A stretch of 59,879 nt of DNA from a virus, in the IMG/VR virus record IMGVR_UViG_3300045988_119195, positions 1 to 59,879 of that record, one strand, 5' to 3'. A program made the position numbers and the translations under genes. Of the stretch, positions 34,033-41,715 are shown in pieces; positions within the stretch are counted from its first letter, which is position 1, and every line of letters starts with the position of its first letter. The notes under the pieces were generated by a model, which saw only the letters and a list, made by a program, of their open reading frames with translations, was not told the DNA's origin and ran no database searches.

Positions 34033-35331
34033 ATGAAGAAAACTCTCATTGCTCTGTGCGTTACGCTCGTAGCATCATCCCAATTAACGATGGCGGAAGT
34101 CGGTCGCAGTGCGGTCGCTATCGGCAACTACGTCACCGCCGAAGGCGATGGTTCAACCGCGATGGGTATGCACTCCCACGCATACGCGAATCTATCGACC
34201 GCCGTGGGCGCACACTCCAAGGCAAGCGGCGTGACCTCACAGGCATTCGGTAGCGCGTCGTGGGCTAAGGGTTACTCCACGACAGCGTTGGGTAAAGGTA
34301 CACTGGCCGAAGGCTCTGCATCGACCGCCGTGGGCGCACACGCTACGACAATCGGCAATAGCTCCTCCGCACTCGGCCTGCACGCAAACGCCATTGGTGG
34401 CCAAAGTACGGCTCTGGGTCAGTCCTCAGTGGCTCGCGGCGACCAATCAACGGCTATCGGTAGCGGTGCTACGACAGAAGCCCGATTCAGCACGGCTATT
34501 GGTACAAACGCTAAAACCGAGCATTACAGCGGCGTGGCTATCGGCTTCAACTCGACAACCAGCGACTTCAAAGGCGTTGTCAGCAGCACCATTGATGGCG
34601 TTACCTACGGCAAGTATGCTGGTCATCGCCCGACATCGGCGGTCTCTATCGGTTCGAAAGGCTTTGAACGCCAGTTGCAGAACGTGGCTGCTGGTAACGT
34701 AACCCAAACATCAACCGATGCTGTCAACGGCTCGCAGTTATATGCCGTGGCTTCGCAGGTCAGCACCAATGTGAAGGTGAATAACGAGCAGGACGTTCGC
34801 ATTGCGGCAAACAGCGAACGCATCACCAACGTCTATCACACGGTACAGCAATACTCTGGTTGGATGGAAACGCAGGAGTCGGAAATTTATAGCCTGAAGC
34901 TGCGCGACCGTGATTTGCGTAACAAAATCACCGAACTGAACAAGCTGATTGAAGGCAACTTCGACGCAATTCGTAACGACATCAATAAAAACCGACGCGA
35001 CAGCAATGCAGGTATTGCAGGTGCAATCGCAATCGGCACAATGATGCAGCCATACGAAGCAGGTCAAAGCGCAATCACTGTCGGCGCAGGTTCGTTCAAG
35101 AATGAAGCCGCTATTGCTATCGGCGCGTCACATATCACCGAAAATGGTAAGTGGGGCTTTAAAGGTGGCGTGTCGGCTGATACTCGCAAGAATATTGGTG
35201 TCGGCTTGAGCGCGGCATACTTCTTCGGTGCAAAACCGAAACCAGTTGCCGCACCACAGCAGGTGATTGTCAAAGAAACCGTGGTGGTTCGTGAACCAGC
35301 AGTTGTTACTGAAAAGAAAATTCGTCAGTAA
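34033..35331 (+). CDS. Trimeric autotransporter adhesin (YadA/Hep_Hag type) with Sec signal peptide
   Basis: MKKTLIALCVTLVASSQLTMA signal. Repeated S.A.G...A.G head motifs. Neck/stalk AVNGSQLYAV. Coiled coil. YadA-anchor-like AGIAGAIAIG...GVGLSAAYFF. Then 34 extra residues. Confidence 0.8.
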   Translation: MKKTLIALCVTLVASSQLTMAEVGRSAVAIGNYVTAEGDGSTAMGMHSHAYANLSTAVGAHSKASGVTSQAFGSASWAKGYSTTALGKGTLAEGSASTAVGAHATTIGNSSSALGLHANAIGGQSTALGQSSVARGDQSTAIGSGATTEARFSTAIGTNAKTEHYSGVAIGFNSTTSDFKGVVSSTIDGVTYGKYAGHRPTSAVSIGSKGFERQLQNVAAGNVTQTSTDAVNGSQLYAVASQVSTNVKVNNEQDVRIAANSERITNVYHTVQQYSGWMETQESEIYSLKLRDRDLRNKITELNKLIEGNFDAIRNDINKNRRDSNAGIAGAIAIGTMMQPYEAGQSAITVGAGSFKNEAAIAIGASHITENGKWGFKGGVSADTRKNIGVGLSAAYFFGAKPKPVAAPQQVIVKETVVVREPAVVTEKKIRQ

Positions 35332-35350
35332 CTTAATGTTGTAATAAATT

Positions 35351-35389
35351 AAGCACTTAGCTGTATTTTACGGTTAAGTGCTTTTTAAT
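35351..35389 (+). terminator. Intrinsic terminator of cassette 3
   Basis: Same hairpin with one G-U pair, followed by TTTTT. Confidence 0.8.
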
Positions 35390-35392
35390 TGC

Positions 35393-35421
35393 TTGACAAT
35401 ACTTATAGGCATTGATATTAT
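35393..35421 (+). promoter_or_regulatory. Promoter of cassette 3
   Basis: TTGACA-N17-TATTAT. Conserved CA-rich leader. Confidence 0.7.
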
Positions 35422-35454
35422 TCACTCACCAACAACAAACGAAGGAACTTGAAA

Positions 35455-35961
35455 ATGAAACATACCGACGAAGAATTGCGTGAGATGTTGCTTATGGTAA
35501 ACATTGAGTTATCGCGCTTAACCGAGAAAATGTTGAGCATGAAAGCCCCTGCCGCACTGATTCACAAAATCTTAGGTACAGACAGAATTGATGGCGTTGA
35601 AGAGGATATTATCAATAGGCAAGACCGTTATAAGCGCGTTCGTTCAGCATTAAATTGCCTGTACGATAATGACGTTGACTTACCATATAACGAAAATGTT
35701 TATTACTTCAGCGAAAAAGAAGGTGTTTCGTGGGGTAAGATTGAAGAATTACTTAGTGACGACTCGCTGTATGACGGGGAGATGTTCGTGTTAACCGTCG
35801 AAGAAATTGTGCCGAAGTTGTTGAAACCACTGCTCGACGTATGTATCGAAGACCAAAAACCTGAAGATATTCGCAAAGTAGCAGAATCTATCGCGTATGT
35901 GTTTGAACACATGCTTGAATGTGAGGAGGAAGGGGAGTTGACAGTCCATGAGAATCTGTAA
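35455..35961 (+). CDS. Hypothetical protein (paralog A of 36206..36703)
   Basis: 168 aa. SD GAAGGAA. Confidence 0.65.
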   Translation: MKHTDEELREMLLMVNIELSRLTEKMLSMKAPAALIHKILGTDRIDGVEEDIINRQDRYKRVRSALNCLYDNDVDLPYNENVYYFSEKEGVSWGKIEELLSDDSLYDGEMFVLTVEEIVPKLLKPLLDVCIEDQKPEDIRKVAESIAYVFEHMLECEEEGELTVHENL

Positions 35962-36202
35962 AGAACAGCCAGTTTATTGGGACGGAAAATACCTTCTACA
36001 ATGCAAGCATTCGTTGAATCGTAAATCAAAGATTCACTATTTGATGTATTGCAACCATCTCGGTTACACCAAGTCAGGCAAGATTAAACTGCGTGTATTC
36101 GGTGAACGGTATGCCCACACCAAAGGTGGTCGGGTACGATATATCGACAAACCTTGGAATGTGGTAGAAGCAAAAGAATATGGTGTATTTAAGGAGTATT
36201 AA
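35948..36202 (+). CDS. Hypothetical basic protein
   Basis: 84 aa ORF. Confidence 0.55.
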   Translation: MRICKEQPVYWDGKYLLQCKHSLNRKSKIHYLMYCNHLGYTKSGKIKLRVFGERYAHTKGGRVRYIDKPWNVVEAKEYGVFKEY

Positions 36203-36205
36203 ATT

Positions 36206-36376
36206 ATGAATATCACTGAAAAAGATGACGATGTGTTGCACAACAGGTTATACGAGATTGTGCGTGGTGTTGATAATCTCCGTATGCTGTTGTTTGAAAT
36301 GGGTGCTACTCCCACATTCATCGTTGAAAACTTACTACGTTGTGATGCAGAAAGCACTGAGGAATATGTCGACTGA
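36206..36376 (+). CDS. Hypothetical protein, N-terminal half of paralog B (ends at an in-frame TGA)
   Basis: SD AAGGAG 8 nt upstream. 56 aa, colinear with residues 1-60 of paralog A. Confidence 0.5.
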   Translation: MNITEKDDDVLHNRLYEIVRGVDNLRMLLFEMGATPTFIVENLLRCDAESTEEYVD

Positions 36377-36703
36377 ATGACACTTCGTGTCGAACGTATG
36401 CGTTTAGCAGTTGACCAGCTTAGTGTTCACGATGTTGATTTATCCCATAGTGGTTATCTGTACTACTTTAGCAGGGAAGGATACTTTATAGCAATTACCG
36501 TCACGGCTTTGTTGGCCAAAGACAGCGATTACGATGGGGAAGATATTGCGGTTGACCTTTCGGCAGTTATCCCCGAAATTCTCACCCCAGAATTGCATGA
36601 TGCGGCCAAACGTTCCAACTGGGAAGAGAGTAAGCGCATCAATGAGGCGATTGCCTACGTTCTAACACTACTTGATAAACAAAAGGAAAATTCAAATGGC
36701 TAA
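36377..36703 (+). CDS. Hypothetical protein, C-terminal half of paralog B
   Basis: The ATG directly follows the in-frame TGA (GTCGACTGAATG). Colinear with residues 60-168 of paralog A (..DVDL....YYFS.EG.. ..YDGE.. ..IAYV). Confidence 0.6.
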   Translation: MTLRVERMRLAVDQLSVHDVDLSHSGYLYYFSREGYFIAITVTALLAKDSDYDGEDIAVDLSAVIPEILTPELHDAAKRSNWEESKRINEAIAYVLTLLDKQKENSNG

Positions 36704-37127
36704 ACATCCACATGCAGAACTCATGAAACTCTACGCTGAAGACGCGATGACGACAGAACAACCATGGGAATTATGGGAAGTTCGACTAAAAGGCGACCCA
36801 GCATGGATTCCAATGGGAACATGGCCGATATGGGGTTCTGATTGTGAATATCGTCGTAAACCGAAAATGGCTAAAATTGACGGCATTGAATTCCCCGAAC
36901 CCTATGTGCCGTTTGAGATAATTAGCTCAGGGCGTGTGTTTTACACGATTAATGTGTTTGATAAAGGTATCGGCATCTCAGCAATCAAAAGACATTCTTC
37001 TAATCTTGAGAAATTTGACGACCTTCTGAAACGCGGTCTCATTTTTAAACAATCGGAAGATTGTGAACGTTATATTGAAGCACTGAGCAAGTTAAACAAC
37101 AAAATCATCGAATATTTTAATCAGTAA
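36696..37127 (+). CDS. Hypothetical protein (tandem paralog 1)
   Basis: MAKHPHAELMKLYAEDA..PWELWEV, compared with the next gene. Confidence 0.6.
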   Translation: MAKHPHAELMKLYAEDAMTTEQPWELWEVRLKGDPAWIPMGTWPIWGSDCEYRRKPKMAKIDGIEFPEPYVPFEIISSGRVFYTINVFDKGIGISAIKRHSSNLEKFDDLLKRGLIFKQSEDCERYIEALSKLNNKIIEYFNQ

Positions 37128-37140
37128 ACGAAAGACTAAA

Positions 37141-37575
37141 ATGGCTAAACATATTCATGCAAAATTGATGGAACTGTACGCAAAAGACGCGGTAGTAAGT
37201 GATTCACCTTGGAAGTTTTGGGAAGTTTACGACCCAGAGGCTGATAAATGGGTAACTCTGCGAAAGAATCCTGAATGGTCTGTTGATAAGCTCTATCGAC
37301 AAAAGCCTACGCAATTACAGATTGAAGGTGTTACGTTCCCAATACCATACAACGATGAGCTTACTGTTGGTGATACATACTATTTACCAGAACTCACGGC
37401 TGGTGACATCAAAGTGGTCTCTGCCAAGTGTACGCGTAATGCAAAAGAAAACCTTGAGCGTAAGCAAAAAGACGGTTTTTTGTTTGAAACCCATAACAAA
37501 GCCCGTCGTTACGCAATGGCTCTGAAAGAATTAAACAATAAACTTCGAAAAAATCGCATATTAACCAACAACTGA
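37141..37575 (+). CDS. Hypothetical protein (tandem paralog 2)
   Basis: MAKHIHAKLMELYAKDA..PWKFWEV. Confidence 0.6.
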   Translation: MAKHIHAKLMELYAKDAVVSDSPWKFWEVYDPEADKWVTLRKNPEWSVDKLYRQKPTQLQIEGVTFPIPYNDELTVGDTYYLPELTAGDIKVVSAKCTRNAKENLERKQKDGFLFETHNKARRYAMALKELNNKLRKNRILTNN

Positions 37576-37584
37576 AAGACTATT

Positions 37585-37809
37585 ATGAAACGCAAAATCT
37601 GTTTTATGGAATACGACAACAACGCAGCAGCGTATGTCGAGACTCACACAACACCAGTGGCAAATCACAAAGGCTTGTCTGAAATTGAAAAGAATGCACG
37701 CCGTGAATGTGCTAAATTGCAACGCAAGAACCCACAGGCAAAACTGGCGTTTATCATCTTCGATGAGCATGGGGAGGCCGTCGTGAAAAAGGAATATTCC
37801 GATGACTAA
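37585..37809 (+). CDS. Hypothetical protein
   Basis: 74 aa ORF. Confidence 0.5.
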   Translation: MKRKICFMEYDNNAAAYVETHTTPVANHKGLSEIEKNARRECAKLQRKNPQAKLAFIIFDEHGEAVVKKEYSDD

Positions 37810-38008
37810 GTTCCGTGTATGTAAAAACTGCGGTGTTGAGTATCCGCTGGATAAAGACCATTTCCCTTACCGACGAAATGAGAATTATGCGAGCGGTACT
37901 CAATACCTCTACCGATGCCATGATTGCCAACGCGCGTACAACATGGCGATGAAACGCAAACAGCGTACTCGTGATAAACAGAAAGGTCTTAAGCGTGAAT
38001 TCCAATAA
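37802..38008 (+). CDS. Small zinc-ribbon protein
   Basis: CKNCG ... CHDCQ cysteine pairs. Confidence 0.55.
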   Translation: MTKFRVCKNCGVEYPLDKDHFPYRRNENYASGTQYLYRCHDCQRAYNMAMKRKQRTRDKQKGLKREFQ

Positions 38009-39107
38009 CCAATACTCCATCTTCCCGAAAGTCGTGAATGATGCAACTGCTGAACCCATGTTCTTAGGCAACAATATCAACGTTCAGCGTTATGACAAAC
38101 AGAAGTATGAGTTTTTCGACAAGATGTATGAAAAACAAATCAGCTTCTTTTGGCGACCCGATGAAATTGATTTGAGCCGCGACCGTATCGACTTCGGTAA
38201 ACTCAGCGATGCCGAGAAGCATATCTTCACCAGCAATCTGAAATACCAGACCCTTCTCGATTCAATTCAAGGCCGCAGCCCTTCAGTAGCGTTCCTGCCG
38301 CTGACATCGTTACCTGAAATTGAAGAGTTCATCAACGCATGGGTTTTCTTCGAAGGCATTCACTCCAGAAGCTACACCCACATCATCCGCAATGTGTATC
38401 CGAACCCGTCAACGGTACTCGACGACATCATGGTTAATGAAGCAATCATGCGCCGCGCTACGGCCATCGGTGATTACTATGATGACCTGATTCAATACGC
38501 GATGCGTATGCACATGGGCATGGAGTATGACCGCAAAGAACTCAAACGCCGCTTGCTGCTGTGCATGGTATGCGTTAACGTACTGGAAGCAATCCGCTTC
38601 TACGTTTCCTTCGCGTGTTCTTTCGCTTTTGCCGAGCGCGAGTTGATGGAGGGTAATGCTAAGATTATTAAGCTCATTGCCCGTGATGAGGCTTTGCACC
38701 TGTCTGTAACGCAGACCATCCTCAATTACTGGCGAACTGGTGCGGATGACCCTGAAATGGCTGAAATCTGGGTTGAACATCAGGCCGAGATTGTGAAAAT
38801 CTTCGAAACCGCCGTGGAGCAGGAAAAAGAATGGGCTGACTATTTGTTCAAAGACGGCTCTATGCTGGGTCTGAACAAAGACATCCTGAACAATTACGTT
38901 GAATTCATCACCAACCAGCGTATGCGTGCAATCGGCCTTGATATGTTGTTCCCGAACTCGACGCAGAATCCAATCTCATGGATTAACGCATGGCTGTCAT
39001 CTGACAACGTACAGGTTGCTCCGCAGGAAGTTGAGATTTCATCCTACCTGATTGGGCAAATCGACGCGGAAGTCAACAGCGAAGATTTGAGCGATATTAC
39101 CCTGTAA
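37995..39107 (+). CDS. nrdB: Ribonucleotide reductase class Ia beta subunit
   Basis: Colinear with E. coli NrdB by eye ([58 protein letters not shown]-terminal [17 protein letters not shown]). GTG 37995 with SD GAAAGG aligns with the E. coli N-terminus. The track start is 37971. Confidence 0.93.
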   Translation: MNSNNQYSIFPKVVNDATAEPMFLGNNINVQRYDKQKYEFFDKMYEKQISFFWRPDEIDLSRDRIDFGKLSDAEKHIFTSNLKYQTLLDSIQGRSPSVAFLPLTSLPEIEEFINAWVFFEGIHSRSYTHIIRNVYPNPSTVLDDIMVNEAIMRRATAIGDYYDDLIQYAMRMHMGMEYDRKELKRRLLLCMVCVNVLEAIRFYVSFACSFAFAERELMEGNAKIIKLIARDEALHLSVTQTILNYWRTGADDPEMAEIWVEHQAEIVKIFETAVEQEKEWADYLFKDGSMLGLNKDILNNYVEFITNQRMRAIGLDMLFPNSTQNPISWINAWLSSDNVQVAPQEVEISSYLIGQIDAEVNSEDLSDITL

Positions 39108-39113
39108 TTGATA

Positions 39114-39149
39114 AACCCTCGGTTTCGCGGTAAACTGAGGGTTCTTTTT
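39114..39149 (+). terminator. Intrinsic terminator after nrdB
   Basis: AACCCTC-16 nt-GAGGGTT followed by CTTTTT. Confidence 0.65.
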
Positions 39150-39166
39150 ATAAAAGGATACTTAAT

Positions 39167-39931
39167 ATGGATACTTACAAAACACCGCTATTGAGCGTTA
39201 CGCAACGCGCGATAGCACGCGATATGGATGTCGCATGGATTCAGGCATGGCTGAACGTGAACTGCGGCACAAATCTGGAAGTCGACGGCGTATGGGGTAC
39301 GTCATCCCGTGCGGAATTCATCGCGGCTATGACCTGCCGAAACGCAAAAGCCATCACCGCTGAAGAAATGCAATCACTGGTTCGCCGCCTCGGTGACGTA
39401 AACGATAAGCGCATTAAAGCCATTGCCAAGGTTGAAAGTGCTGGTAGTGGTTGGTTTAACAGCGGCCTGCCGAAAATCCTCTACGAACGCCACAAGTTCT
39501 GGAAGCATGTTCACAATGCGGTCAATCGTGTGAAGTCGTGGTTCGCCAATCCTTTGGCTGGTGACTACACCATGGATGCAAATAACAACGGCATTAATGA
39601 CAGTTGGGAGAAACTCTCACTGGCCATCGGCAAAGACCCTCTGGCTGCGCTTATGAGCGTGTCTATCGGCAAGTTTCAAGTCATGGGTGAATACTATGCG
39701 CAATGCGGCTACAACCATCCAATCGAGATGCTACACGCGTGTAGCCGTAGCGAAATGGCTCAATACGAATTGCTGGTAAATTACATCCTGAATGTTGCCA
39801 AGATTCTGCCTGCCTACAACATGCTCTCAACAGACGCTGAGAAGTGTCGCTCTTTTGCCCGTGCATACAACGGCGCAGGTTATGAGAAGAACCGCTATCA
39901 CGTCAAACTTGCGGAGGCCATGAAGCAATGA
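39167..39931 (+). CDS. Endolysin: N-terminal peptidoglycan-binding domain plus N-acetylmuramidase (DUF3380-type) domain
   Basis: PG_binding_1-like IQAWLN....L.VDGVWG..S. Catalytic-domain pattern IKAIAKVESAGSGWF...PKILYERHKFWKH...GKFQVMG..Y...YNGAGYEKN.Y..KL. Confidence 0.85.
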   Translation: MDTYKTPLLSVTQRAIARDMDVAWIQAWLNVNCGTNLEVDGVWGTSSRAEFIAAMTCRNAKAITAEEMQSLVRRLGDVNDKRIKAIAKVESAGSGWFNSGLPKILYERHKFWKHVHNAVNRVKSWFANPLAGDYTMDANNNGINDSWEKLSLAIGKDPLAALMSVSIGKFQVMGEYYAQCGYNHPIEMLHACSRSEMAQYELLVNYILNVAKILPAYNMLSTDAEKCRSFARAYNGAGYEKNRYHVKLAEAMKQ

Positions 39932-40320
39932 TGAAATATCTCACAAAACCAATCGGTATTGTTATCGCCGCCATCATTGTTCTGGCTATCGGCGGCGTGA
40001 TTGAGAAGTATCGCGTAGAAGGGCTTGTAGAAGCGTCATATACGAAGGGTAAGGCCGATGCTATGGCAAAGGTATTGTCTGACACGCAAAAGCTCTCTCA
40101 GACGCTCTCAGCCGACCTAAACGAAGAGTTCGCTCGTCATAGCGAATATGTAATCAACGAAATCAAAGAAGAAAGGGTTCAACGAAATGAAATTGCTAAA
40201 CTCTTGCAAACGGGCGTTTACGTCAATGGTAATTGCCATGAGCTTACTGGTATCGGCCTGCTCAACGACAAAATCCGAAGCCGTTATCTCACACCTAACC
40301 ATACCAGCCCTGCCAAATAA
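39928..40320 (+). CDS. i-spanin (Rz-like)
   Basis: N-terminal TM IGIVIAAIIVLAIGGVI, then a charged coiled periplasmic domain. Directly after the endolysin. Confidence 0.75.
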   Translation: MMKYLTKPIGIVIAAIIVLAIGGVIEKYRVEGLVEASYTKGKADAMAKVLSDTQKLSQTLSADLNEEFARHSEYVINEIKEERVQRNEIAKLLQTGVYVNGNCHELTGIGLLNDKIRSRYLTPNHTSPAK

Positions 40321-40492
40321 TCTGGCTACCCCATGCGCCCCACTGGAAGAAATCACCGATTTGAGCGCAAAAGCTAATTATTTATGGCAATTTGACACCA
40401 TTACCAAGTATAATGAGTGTTCCGCGTCGAAAGACGCACTTGTTAATGTTTACAACACACTTAAGGATAAATTAAATGAAGAACGTAAATAA
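40187..40492 (+). CDS. o-spanin (Rz1-like lipoprotein), overlapping the i-spanin in another frame
   Basis: Lipobox LLVSAC after a signal sequence. Overlapped spanin architecture. Confidence 0.7.
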   Translation: MKLLNSCKRAFTSMVIAMSLLVSACSTTKSEAVISHLTIPALPNNLATPCAPLEEITDLSAKANYLWQFDTITKYNECSASKDALVNVYNTLKDKLNEERK

Positions 40493-40781
40493 AGAAACCT
40501 TCATCGCTATGTTGATGAAGAACGGCAATGTGAGCAAGGCCGAAGCTACCGCCCAATACAACAACTTCATCAAGACTTTGGATGAAGCCCTGTTGACTGG
40601 CAAGACCGTGCTGATTGGTGATATTTGCCGCATGAAAGCAACCATGCGCAAAGGCGGCAAGGGCATTAATCCGCAAACTGGCGATATTGTTGACCGTAAG
40701 GATTGTCCGCGCATCAAATGCACTGTCTCCAGTATGTTTGCTCCGAAAATCGAAGCTGCCGTTGCCACTGGCGACAAATAA
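40476..40781 (+). CDS. HU/IHF-family DNA-binding protein
   Basis: ..G.......F.......R.G.NPQTG..I........K pattern (GINPQTGDIV). Confidence 0.8.
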   Translation: MKNVNKETFIAMLMKNGNVSKAEATAQYNNFIKTLDEALLTGKTVLIGDICRMKATMRKGGKGINPQTGDIVDRKDCPRIKCTVSSMFAPKIEAAVATGDK

Positions 40782-40787
40782 AAATAA

Positions 40788-40816
40788 CCCCTCCGACTTT
40801 TAAATCGGAGGGGTTT
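40788..40816. terminator. Bidirectional terminator between convergent operons
   Basis: CCCCTCCGA-8 nt-TCGGAGGGG with T-rich flanks on both strands. Confidence 0.75.
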
Positions 40817-40858
40817 AACCCACTCAAATAAAGGAAAATATACCGTCTTTAGGTATAT

Positions 40859-41215
40859 TTAATTGTATCCGTCTTTGTCGTTTTCGTCAATACCAAACCA
40901 CTTTCTCAGCTTTCGCTTAACGCCATTAGTTACAGTATCGACCAAGTCTTTAATAAAATCAGGTAAGAGGGCATTAATTGTCAGGAGTACGTCGTCAGAG
41001 ATATAACCGATGACCCAGCCGACCGTAGCTGATTTCATCACTGTGCTGCTTCCCATCCAAGTCTCAATCACCGCAGCAGAACTCAAAACTGCTGTAATAA
41101 GCACCAAGATATAAACTCGATACCCGACTTCTTTAATGGAAACCCCTAAAAGTACGGCAATCGATGCTGCCGCCATGCCTACTATTGTATTTAAGCTGAG
41201 TATGTCGTTCCACAT
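40859..41215 (-). CDS. Membrane protein (3 TM-like segments)
   Basis: ATG 41215, 4 nt after the upstream stop. The track ORF extends to 41278. Confidence 0.55.
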   Translation of the reverse strand: MWNDILSLNTIVGMAAASIAVLLGVSIKEVGYRVYILVLITAVLSSAAVIETWMGSSTVMKSATVGWVIGYISDDVLLTINALLPDFIKDLVDTVTNGVKRKLRKWFGIDENDKDGYN

Positions 41216-41219
41216 TTTA

Positions 41220-41660
41220 TTATCCCAATTGTTGATGCAGTTCGCGGTTACGCTTCCCCATGTGACGACCTGCAACAATAATCAGGATACCCCAGGCTGG
41301 ATACGCTACCATGAAACCGTTTAGTGGCGGGAATAATGCAATAAACGCCCACCCCATTAACAAAATCAGAAACCCTGATAATTGTAACATTAAATCACTA
41401 ATCAATCTGCATTTAATGCACTTGGTATTTATCAACAGCGCAATATTTACAATTGCACCCGATAGGTTGGCAAGCAGCCAGAACCACCAGTCATGCTTGC
41501 TAACATGGTAGAAACTCGGCATTACCGAGTCATTCACATGTCGGTCATACAGCATGACAGCCACTGTCAAAAGCATCACGAATATTGTGAATAGTTTTAT
41601 TTCGGTTGCAAAGTGTACAACCACCCATTGTTTTATAGATTTCATTGATTTGAACTCCAT
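41220..41660 (-). CDS. Membrane protein (about 4 TM segments)
   Basis: Hydrophobic ORF. Start uncertain (ATG 41660 or 41645). Confidence 0.55.
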   Translation of the reverse strand: MEFKSMKSIKQWVVVHFATEIKLFTIFVMLLTVAVMLYDRHVNDSVMPSFYHVSKHDWWFWLLANLSGAIVNIALLINTKCIKCRLISDLMLQLSGFLILLMGWAFIALFPPLNGFMVAYPAWGILIIVAGRHMGKRNRELHQQLG

Positions 41661-41667
41661 GGTTAAC

Positions 41668-41705
41668 AAAATTAATCATATACAGGGGAATTAACCCCTG
41701 TATAT
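41668..41705 (-). terminator. Hairpin / terminator after the tail tip gene
   Basis: ATATACAGGGG-6 nt-CCCCTGTATAT followed by a T-rich stretch on the minus strand. Confidence 0.55.
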
Positions 41706-41715
41706 TAGCAGCATG

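Noticed and set aside
32790-36376. Genome-wide stop-codon reassignment (TAG or TGA recoding) as an explanation for the two in-frame stops.
   Set aside because: All long genes, including 1.2-1.8 kaa tail proteins, are uninterrupted. Genes terminate with TAA, TAG and TGA alike. No suppressor tRNA or release-factor gene is present.
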